Shown here piece after piece: positions 13,669-30,300 of a stretch of 64,000 nucleotides of DNA. Position 1 is the stretch's first letter. Each line of letters starts with the position of its first letter. Under the pieces are notes generated by a model. The model was given only the letters and a program-made list of their open reading frames with translations, searched no databases and was not told the origin of the DNA. This stretch comes from Bugula neritina (Eukaryota; Animalia; Bryozoa), in assembly GCA_964035545.1 (NCBI GenBank), contig OZ037769.1, positions 4,755,929-4,819,928 of the forward strand, in the 5' to 3' direction. Both the position numbers and the translations under genes were made by a program.

Positions 13669-16600
13669 ATGATCCCAGAGTTTTTAAGTCATTTACCTGC
13701 TGAGATTGCTCACCTCATCAAAGGTAAAAGCAATGTGGAGCTACTTGGTGTGGTGTCAGCGGCAGCGCTGTGTTCATATGTCGTCCGGAAGGTGTTCTGG
13801 ACTCCCTTTAGACTCTACTTTCTCGCCCAGTACTTGCCAGGACTGGATTTGAGAAAGATGGGTAGATGGGCAGTAATTACTGGAGCAACAGATGGCATAG
13901 GTGAGAGTAATAACTCTACTACAGTTACTGTACATAGTAAATATCTATATAGGTGAGGGGAGAAGTAGTAGCTACACAGGTAAAGGGAGAGTAAATAGTT
14001 ATACAGGTGAGGAGCGAGTAATACATGTTATCTAAGCATCATATTCTTATGTTGGCAACTCCCACCTTATTGTTTGGTTAAATATCTCATATCTAATCTC
14101 TGCATGAGCATTGCCTTGCAATCACCTTGAACTCTTAAAACTTGAATTGGCTGATTTGAAAAATTGTTCAGAAAATACCTTTTTGGGCAATTCCAACTTT
14201 AATTGTTGAAAAGTGAGAAAATATTTATTTGTATTACTGCAACATGGGGAGTTGCCTTGTCAACAAATGCATGCAGTAATCTATAACCTACAAGGTACAA
14301 CTCTCATCAGAATAAAAGACTGATACATTCTATGCCAATTATTTAATGAGAAAGGTACAAAATCATATTAAGTAAATCAATTAATATTAAATAATCAGCT
14401 TTAATACAAAATTATTAAAAAATGTATTTTTGCATGCAGATAGGCGTTTTGCTGAATGCTAATACATTAACTTATTTTCTTGTTGTAACTAACTCACAAT
14501 AAAAATTCCTTTAAAATAACTCAAAATATGCTAAAAAGAGAAAAACTCTGGTTTTACTTTTTGTCGAGCAAAACATTTGCCTGTCAAAGAGGTTTTTCTG
14601 GCTACTTAATTTTTTCTTCAATAAAGCTGCTGATAATTTTACTTATTATTAGACTTAACAAATATACCTGAACGTTTGAATACTGCATGCACATTATACT
14701 AAATGTTATGTATTTGACAGGTAAAGAATTTGCTAGAGCATTAGCTAGCAGAGGACTTGATATAGTTCTCATTAGCAGGTCTGAAGAGAAACTAAACGCA
14801 GTTAAACAAGAAATTATTCAAGACTTCCAAAGAACTGTTAAAATTATACAAGCAGATTTTATGGATACTGATATTTATGACAGAATAGAAAAGGAATTAA
14901 GTGGAATGGACATTGCAGTTCTGGTGAATAATGTGGGCATGGCTCAGACCTATGTACATTTTCTGGAAACTCCAAACTTGTAAGCAAGCTGAGTAGACAT
15001 ACCTCTAGTAATTAAATGTTAATAGCTGTTAAGTTTGGGAAAAAATTGCTTTTATTACAGCAACAAAGGCATTTGGTATTTAATAGCTCAACACTAAGCT
15101 ATTGTGCTTTAGAATGGCATGAATCACTTAATATTGAATGGATTAAATGTATTTAAATATATCAGTTGAATTGAATCAATTGAATACATTGAATTTATTA
15201 GATTTACTAAGTATTGACATTAGAGTAAGTTTAACAGTGAATTCATGCATAAACATAATTATGAAATTGACAGAAAGCACGGGAAGCTATTAGATTATTC
15301 AGTTGAACCAAATACTATTGCATTTTGCCAATGGTGTACTTGCTCTGTAATGCTCTCCTTAGAGGAACGCCCCATAAAAATAGAAATATTTGAATTGGAA
15401 TGGCTGTTATTTTCCCTTCCTCATTATTATTTTTGTTAGTTACTAGGCCTCTTATGTGTAGCTATCCTGATATTTATATTACTCTTTGTGTATTAAATAT
15501 TCAGTGCCATAGATGTAATTTGTAACTAAACATTAAATAGGCCTATACTTTTTATTATAATTTTTATTTTCTATAGTATCTAATATAATTTTCATTGCTA
15601 GCTATACTGCTATTGCTCATGAACTAAGAAAGTGTGCATTATTTGAAGAGTTCTAATTTGACTTTATTTCTGTAATCACTTTCATATCGTCTTGATTTGT
15701 TCCTTTCAAAAATATATTAGTCACTATTCTAACAATATAATTTCACTGTTAACGTTAGACATCTTGCTACATTCTAGAAAGGCATTATTTTATTAATTAC
15801 ATTATGCTACACTCTGCTATATTGTTGTAGACATGAATCAAATAAAGATATTTTATCAGTTAATTGCTTGTCTATGGCTTCAATGACTGGAGTTGTCCTT
15901 CCCCAGATGCTGGAACGTGGAAGAGGCGTGGTTATCAACATATCATCAGTGTTATCATACATGGGCAGCACTCACAGTAGTAACTACTCTGCTACAAAAG
16001 CATACAACCTGGTGTTATCTAGAAACTTAACTCGGACCTATAAATCCAGAGGTAAGAAAATGACTACTTATTAACTTCCTTAATGTTATGGTCATTTTGT
16101 TATGAGTCGAGACTTGCAGATCTAATAAAGTACTAATAAAACCTAATCTACTGCCAACCTACACTTCTTTTGGAAACTTGTTGCAGAAATTTTTGTTGCC
16201 TCAAGTTACCTGATGTAACCTGCAATAGAGGGTGTGACTTTAAATTTTTATTTACAAACTATACTATAGCCTATGAGCAGGCAACTCCTAGTTACAAATA
16301 TTTCTCATTTGAGAAATGGTTATTTCTCTGACATTTATAATTTAAAAATGTGATTTTTGGTTAGTTGGATGTTTGGTTCTGTATGATGGATTCAGCTAGG
16401 CATTATTTTCTCACTCACAGTGTATAATATGACTAAATGCAAGTTTTTCGAAGTATTTTGAATAAATTGACTGAACATTTTGGAGTTTTCTTTACCTACA
16501 GAACTTGGATACTTGTTTGGAATTATTTCTTTAAATAATATGAACCAATGGTATTCTTGCTGCAGGTGTAATAATACAGAGTCTGACTCCTGGAATGATA

Positions 16601-16819
16601 CGAACCAGTTTACTGAATACTCTCATTCCCTCTAACGACAGCGTAACCAAGTCAGCGGGTGTGAAGTATATGAGTACATCTGTACAGTCATACGTGAAGT
16701 CAGCTCTCAACACCATTGGCTGGTCTGACGAATGTCATGGTCACCATTTATATTATTTCCTAGACTTTCTTCTTGCCATTACACCACATCATGTGTTGGA
16801 TAAAATGGCCAAAGAATAA
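13669..16819 (+). CDS. short-chain dehydrogenase, HSD17B12/very-long-chain 3-oxoacyl-CoA reductase-like, copy 1 (4 exons)
   Basis: Exons 13669-13900, 14721-14979, 15831-16051, 16566-16819; GRWAVITGATDGIGKEFA, LVNNVG, NISS, catalytic YSATK, N-terminal hydrophobic anchor. Confidence 0.9.
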
Positions 16820-16855
16820 TCATAAGTAAGCTAGAGCTCATGCAAATTTATAGTC

Positions 16856-17008
16856 ACCGTTTCTGTGAGAAACCCATGATGGAAAGGGTTTTTGTCAGTT
16901 TGTGCTAAAGACTTATTCATATGTGACACAGGAGCAATTATGACTGGATGCTTTTCCTAACATCACCAATGGCCTTTTTTGGGGTTTGAACCCCTGACCA
17001 CTGCTACT
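16856..17008 (-). mobile_element. probable tRNA-SINE remnant
   Basis: Minus-strand B-box GGTTCAAACC near 16981-16994; segment GTGAGAA.CC.TGATGGAAAG recurs at about 3954-3975. Confidence 0.35.
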
Positions 17009-17378
17009 CCTTAAATAAACTGCAGCTATTATTAGTTTATTTTCTATAATGGTTTTTAAAGCACACATTGCATTTTTTTTGTCAACCGTAATTATTTATT
17101 CCTGTAAAATCCAGTACACTAATCATTTAGTTGAAAGAGATTAACAAATAAATTTACAAAATAAAATAATATTTGCTAGGTAAAAGCCTATTGTATTTTG
17201 TTTTTGCATTTATTGATTTATTAAGTTGCTGAAAACATTCAAGTAAAACTGATGTTACTATCACCTGCTTTAATGAAAACACATTTTACCGGTTTAAAGC
17301 TGCCCAGTTGTGTAATAGGTGTGCAGTTTTTATTTGAAATAACTAAAAGTTGCCTATACACACTTAGATGTTGACAAT

Positions 17379-17809
17379 AGACCCTTTTCAGAGGCCTCTG
17401 GTGTCCCCTTTACAATTAACAGTTGTGTTCTCCCAAAGCGAATAGGTTAAACCTTTGTACAAAAAGCAAACTCATTAAAATTTTGAAGTTTGGCTGCTAT
17501 TTAAAATTCTAATTGTGCTATAGAATTGTTATTTTAGGAGATAGATATTTTGGTATAAGCACACATATTGGCAGTCCAAAAATTTTTAAAAATATTTCTT
17601 CATGTATAATTTTGACGAAAATAAACTTGAAAGCATTTTTGTGGTTTTGGTACTGAGCAATGCTGATGTGGCACCTCAGCATTGCTCAGCAACCAAAACC
17701 ACAAAAATGAGTTCAAGTCTATTTTGCTCAACAAATTTCATTTTGGGAGACCACAACTCTTAATTGTAAAAGGGGGGGGGGAGACATTGGGGACCTCTGA
17801 AAAGGGTCT
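17379..17809. mobile_element. MITE with AGACCCTTTTCAGAGG terminal inverted repeats and an internal hairpin
   Basis: CAATAGACCCTTTTCAGAGG (17375) vs CCTCTGAAAAGGGTCTATTG (to 17813); imperfect pairing continues ~70 bp; flanking AT dinucleotides could be an ISL2EU-type TSD (tentative). Confidence 0.75.
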
Positions 17810-18352
17810 ATTGCAACAATATATAGTATAGTATTGTGTATATGGTGTATATGGCAATTAGCTCTTAAATCGTAATAATATATAGTGAAAGGTATTTATA
17901 ATACATTTCCTTTATAGGTTGAGTTGGGAGTTGTGCTCTAAATGTTAAATCACATTATAATTGATATCTGTACTAGCAAAGTATGTGGTGTGTGTGGGTT
18001 AATCTATCTACAAAGTTTTAAAGACAAAAGTTAATTTGGTGAATTAGTATTTCAGAAGGTCCATCTACATCAGCTATGCAAACCTCACAGTTTATACCCA
18101 AATATCTTTTAAATAAAATTGCATGCAGTCAAAATTACAACAACTAAACTCTGAAAAGCATAAATGTCACTGAAAACCAGCACTAAAATAAAATATCTGA
18201 ATTCAGTGTGAAACATTACATTATTGCTTTGGTGAAAATGAAACTTTAAAATATGCAGCATTATCTGAACCCCCAAAAATGCACATTCAATTCAAAGCTG
18301 TAAAAGCTCTGAGTTGAAGGGAATCGCAGCTGCATGGCAACAACTCAAGTTA

Positions 18353-18695
18353 GCCTAGGGCCACACTGTGCGTATTTTCGCATGCGAAAATTAAAATCAC
18401 AAGTAGCAAAGGTGTCCACTGTAGCGTCAGTGATGTGTGATAAATAAAGCTTTCATTTTTAAATCGCACTCGCTTTCAATAAAACGCAATTTGCTGGAAT
18501 ATAGCACTAAATAAAGAAATTGGGCTCGCTGAATAACTACCAGCCGATTAGGTGACGACGACAGAGACGATTCGCACTTGCGTTGAAAATGCAGAGCGAC
18601 AAGTGCGAATGTTTTCTCAACGCGCACAGTGGACACCTTTGCTACTTGTGATTTCAATTTTCGCATGCGAAAATACGCACCGTGTGGCCCTAGGC
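18353..18695. mobile_element. PIF/Harbinger-type MITE, 343 bp
   Basis: ~70-bp near-perfect TIRs starting GCCTAGGGCCACAC; TTA target-site duplication at 18350-18352 and 18696-18698. Confidence 0.85.
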
Positions 18696-20803
18696 TTAGA
18701 GTAAGCATTTCTTTAGTAGTCTTAGTATTTGAGTTATAGTAAACCACACGGCTTGGAAATAACTTCCTGGCATTGAGACTCAATGCCACAAATTCCCATG
18801 TCTACTGCTATATAAGTTTATGGGTTAGAGTTATTAATGATAGTGAAGCCCACCACAACTCTCCTTGTTATTCACAGTCTAATTTACATGTCTTGGTTGT
18901 AGAGAAGTTTCATTAAATATGCAGGATATGGCTATATCCTCAATTTGGGGCTCAACCAAAAGATGCCATATTTGAAAAATAGTTCCAATCAATAATGACA
19001 TATTGAAAAACTTTTTGTCAAGTCCAGTTATATCTGCACAATTATAACTGTAGAAGTTTTTCTTCAGTTGAGTCTTATAAGTCATTAATTATTATTCAAT
19101 TTCATTAAGACTATCATTTTGCACGTATTGAATATATGCACAGCTTAGGATAAAAAATGGAAAATATAATTATATACGGGCAGTTTTTAATGTGAGTGTG
19201 GAATTTGATGGAAGGGATTGACACATTGTTTTTAAAGGTGTCTACAATATCACATTTCTGTTATTATGGTTCCAGCTAAAAATAGAATGTACTTTTATGT
19301 CCTCTTTCTGCTTCCAACATTTTTGGTTGCATAACTTTGAGTTATCGGGATAGGCTTATAATTTGATTTCAGCTAAAAATAAATTGTGGTTCAATTGGTT
19401 TCAAAGTATTTCCCAGTTATATAACCTTTTTCTAGTACTATTAAATAATAGCTGTATAAGTTCACGTGTCACTTTCCCTGTATATAAAGCTCAGTATATT
19501 ATTTGTAGTTTGATTGTCAATGGTTACAACACATACATCCAGAGAGCCTGGTTTTTTCAAGAACCTTCTTTTATTCATGGTCTCTGCATGAACAGTTCCA
19601 ACCAAGTTTATATACTATATGTAGTATATACTATATATACTATAAATAGTATATACCATCTAGTTAAATGAATCAATTTATTAGTGTTTTATAATCTTTA
19701 CATCCAACAGGATTTAGCATGCTAAATATAAATACCGCAATAAAAATCTGACTGTAAAAAGCATTTTCAACTTGGCCATTGTCCAACTGTGATAACAGAA
19801 ATGCTAATTATGATTACTCAGTTTAACTAGGCAATGCATGCGGATTCTGGTTTCAATCACGTCCTGAGAGGATCCTGTTGATATATTATTTTAGTGAGGT
19901 TTTTGTTCTATTAGCTTAAGTTCTAACTAAATACTTCAGTTGTCTAAATATTATACAAAATGAATAGCTCTAAACATATGATGGGAGAACAAAATTTCAA
20001 ACTGAAGCTAAGCAAACATGTATATTTCTGTACTGGACAGCTGTTTCATGAGTGCTAGCATACTAGAAACAGGATTTTGTTAAGACATCCTTGATGATAT
20101 CATGAGGTCAGACAGCCAAAGTTCACGCTGCTTTGTGCTAAAATCTCAGCAAGTTGGTTACTGACCAGGTTATATATACAAACAGCTAGTAGGTTGACCT
20201 GGTCATTCACCAGGTAAAATACCGCAACCTGATAACCAGGCTATGATGCTTTATCATACACGCAAATGTATTTGAACTGCCAAAAGAAACATAGCTTACA
20301 TGACATTCAATGTTGTAGATACACACCATGGTAGACACAAATCTTTTATAAGAACATACTAAAAATTGGCAAAAGTGTTATGTAACTGAATAAGTTGAAG
20401 TTGTTTCAAATAGTTTAGACATAATGACACTGTGGCTCGTGATATCTTGAAAAAAGAATTATACCGGACAAAAACAAACAAAATCTGGCATACTGCCAGA
20501 AATATTCAATAAAGGAACTAAATATTTGAACTTTCTAGGGTGTTGAAATAAATCAGACAATAACAAGATAAGAAATGAGCAAATGAAGAGATTTAACGAA
20601 AACATAAATTTTTCAACCAATCGCATCACTCAGCCTGGACATGCACACAGATATACTTACGGGTATTGCCGGCTAGCGTATTAATATAACGTAGGACTTG
20701 GTGCACAGAATAAAAGCAGTTTATTCCGCCTTATAACAAGATTTCTGAATGTTACTTGAGTCAAAGCCGCATAGGTGAGCAGTATCTCTTAGAGACCTCA
20801 AGG

Positions 20804-26133
<5,330 letters not shown>

Positions 26134-27391
26134 TTAGAGTTTGTGTTATAGATGACCTTCTCTAGGACTAAAACAGCCAGAATGACTATCTTTAAATAAA
26201 CATTTATTGTATGTTTATAAACCTTAGATACTGTGTGAAAATAGTAGACCCAAATATATAATAAATTAAAGAGAAAATAAACATTGCAACAATTGCGAAA
26301 AATTGTAACTGTTATATCGAATAACATTGAAATAATGAAATACCTAGAGCTGTTTCGAGGGCTTCACAGCAAAACATTAATAAATGACAAATTATTAGAT
26401 ATTATAGAATTGGCATGGCTCAAACAGCAACAATAATGTTATCTGTCAGCACATTATATTATACAGCATGAAAGTTTGAAATCTATAAAATATAATTGTT
26501 TTGCAATATATGAAAATAATTTGCTTATAGTGCACATTAAATTATATAATATGCTCTCTAAAGAAATTTACACAGACAAATCACATTTCTATAGTAACTA
26601 TAGTAACTATAAACAGGCAAGTGCTGTGACATGCAGACTGTGGTAATAAACAAAGCAAGAGAGCACAACTACTACAGTAATCATTTAAAAGTTTCAGGCA
26701 TCCAATATTTTTACCTGTAAAATAATGCTTCATCAATTGGGAGGCCAAATATAAATAAATCAAATAAATTAAAATTTTAGACTGCTACCACATGGACAGT
26801 GAGGTGGCAATAATCATGTAGCTTACATAGATAAAAATCGGTGAGTACAGTGATTTGACACTATTCAATGAGCATAACTGTAAATAAAAACACTCATAAG
26901 AGCCACTTTGTTAAAACTTTACATCATTCAAGCCATGCATTCTATATTTCTGCCACATCATATCAAATATTGCCATAGAAGCTACAAATTTGAGCAGGTA
27001 TAAGTGAAGTTTAAGAGGATCTGTTTGAAATACTATACTGTCTGGCATCATTTGTCTGTTTGTGATAAATGATTGTGCCTACAAAATACCAAACCAATAA
27101 TTATCTTGGTTAGTTTAAGAAAGACACAGCAAACTGTAGTCAAATAAACCAGCACGTATTAGTTGCTTGTTCAATATATTTAAATACTTTCATAAGACAG
27201 GTGTATGTATTCAAACCATTTGAGAATTAAAAATCCTAGCTTTTACTTGTACAATCTAAACTCATACAACGAACAAGTACAAACAGTGTTGGTATAAACT
27301 GAAAATACACTTACATCACACAACTATAACACACAGTGTGAGTATAAAGACCAGGCATAAACTTAGTTTATACCTGATTAAACTTACTGTA

Positions 27392-30300
27392 TCATGATTT
27401 GGCCCTTTTCTTGCCTCTTGTCTCTTGTTCTGCTATCATTTTCTCAAGTTCTTGGGATTTTTCCTGGTCTATAATTTCCATTTCTCTCAATTTCTTTAAA
27501 AAGATGGTAATAAATTGCATTGTACAACTACTTTGAATATGATTGCATTAAGAATCTCAACAAAAAAATTGTGCATCGTTTTTCATAACCTGCCATTTGC
27601 TGGGCAGCCGCAAAGCTAGTGAAGATACTGATTTTAACAAAGTTCAATTAAAAATCTTTCAATACACAAAGTGTAGGTCATGATTCTCGTGTCTTCAGAC
27701 AGCTGTAGACTCAGAGATGGTAACAAGTCAGCTCTGGACATCCTGTGAGTTAATTTCCTTGTTAAAAACTTTGAATGTAACAAAGTTTCAGACTTGAAGC
27801 CTTATGGCAAAACTAAACCATGCTCAATTTATTTTCAAGGTGGCAATTTTATGATGTGCAAAAACACTAAATTATTTGGTCAGCTATCTTGGTACCATGT
27901 GTTTATTAACACTATGAACAACACAGAGTGTAAGAATATGAAACCATAAGTTGTTGGCCTGCTGAAAAAAATTTTCCATCAGGGATGCCAACTATAAACT
28001 CACAAACTCTACGTGTAAATTAGAGTCAATTATATTCATCAGACGAAATCGTTAATGTATTTTGAATCAATGGTGTGGTGTTACAGCAGATAAACATTTT
28101 TGATTTAATCTTTATTGCACAAACATTTAATAAAAAGAAATTATTCAGCTTGATGATAAAAACAGTCTCAAAGCCATGCCTAAAGGCAACCTGACTAGTA
28201 TTAACATATTATGTAATATTAAGTTATGATATTATATAATATTACTATAATATATTGGCTATGTAATTAACAAACTGCTTAGGCAACAGCGCAGCTTGTG
28301 CTTCATATCAACTCACCTGTGATATTTCAGTGCTAATGATTGGACGATATTTAGCACCTTGACCTAACGTAATCATTTCCTCAAGAAAGTTCTGTCTTTC
28401 TTCTATTTCTTTTTGCACTAAAAGAAAAATTTGAACACATGACAAAATGAACTCAATAAAGAAAATTACCTAAAAGTAAATTTTTACTAGCTGGCTAAAA
28501 GAACCCCATGTAGTTTTGTAAAACAAGATAATAAAATTAGCAAAAGCAACCAAATTTCACACCAAGATTGAAATACTACTAATTGCAAATGCAATTTGTA
28601 GAACTAAATAATACATTTGCTACTATTGGCTTAACATACGCTCTTCAAATCTATCTGCTTCCACATCATCAAGTCCAGCAAGCTGATCCCTCCACATTTT
28701 TTCTCTAGCAGCTTGTAGTGAGGCAGAAGTGGGAGGTGCTATATCCTCCCCATACGCCATCAGGTTACTAAGTCTATCTTTATCCTTCTGTGTTCTTGCC
28801 ACTACAGAATACAATTTCCAATACAATTGTATTCAATTTACAATAATGAAAAATATTAGCAACAAATAATTTTGTAGCAAGACGCTCTGAAAATAACTGA
28901 TTCGAACAATACATAGCTACAAAAACTAAAAATTAACAAATCCACCTTTTGCACTAAATTTGAACATGAACAAGACAAATACAAGTATAATTAAATATAA
29001 CAACTTTTATTATCTAAATGATCAGATGTTTATAAATTCTAGGGCCAATATCAAATTGTGTTCAATTTTATGGCTGCTTCTTCAGTCATAAATAAACAAG
29101 TAACCTGTAAGTAATTATTACCTTGTGGTCGTGGCTTATAATCTGTTCTTTCATATGCTCCCGAGGCAACAATAGCTTCCTTGTTTTTAACACCCCCAGA
29201 ATAATTACGTGGGTTTAGGACTTTAGGTGGTGGAGGTTTTGTTGCAGGTTTCCTTGGCTTGGCACTAGTTGTTGGGTGGCAAGTTGATGGCAATGACTGA
29301 CCACTACTTATCCTTGAATTTATTTGTCTTTGTTGGAAACTATTGAGTTTAGATTCTTGCATCATATCTGTTATAAAAATAATATTATATCAATATCATT
29401 TAATGATATCACTTTCTTTGTTACGTCAAATGATCATTTGATCAATTATTATTATTAAGTATGCAACATTAATGTCTCAAAAAATCTGTTACTGATGCTA
29501 GTGGCAAAGTTTAAACAAGACATTTAAATATTTGAATACTTGATTTTTGAAAATTACAGCAGGTTGTATCTTATGATTTAAAACCACAGTTAAAAAAAGC
29601 TGTAAAAAGCATACAATAGTCCATATGCCTAATTACCAATTTTTTAGACATAAGTAATATGCTAAGCACAATGACTACCAGCATCATCATGAATATTAGT
29701 ATGAGGACTACGTATTATTAGTATACCTACTAAAAAATAACATCACTATAAGTATTACTATTAATATAAATATTTATACTACTATTAATGCTAAACAAAG
29801 TCAATAATTAGTAATACTGTAGTGAGTAGTGCAAAGTACAAATACGGGAATCGCCCTCTCCCTACTCTTGGAATACTTAGACTCTTGTGTAGCAACCAAT
29901 TAGCAGCTCCGGAAGAGATGCTTCCGATTCACGTGACACTTCCCGGGTTATTAACATTATATCACGTTGTTGTAAGCGGAGGCTTGTAGTAGTAACATGT
30001 GTTAGTAGTTGACTCTTGTATAGGATAATTTGATGTGATGTTTGGTTTATGCTTTATTGTGGATAATAAATATAATTACTCGACAGCTACCCTAGTAATT
30101 GATAACAGAATAACCAGCTAACTATACGCAAGTAAATAACTCACGCTCAGTAATTGTACAAATTACTACAGTGGTGGCAGCGGTGGGATCTTGCGTATAG
30201 CAGTCATGGCAGAAGACGGCACGGAGCTACCCATTCTACTGAATGAAGGTGAGAGAGATAATGTTGATATACTTGTGGAACCAGTGGTGTTAGATGAAGA

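Noticed and set aside
18427-18789. 120-aa ORF as a transposase
   Set aside because: Crosses the MITE boundary and reads through the TIR; no catalytic motif
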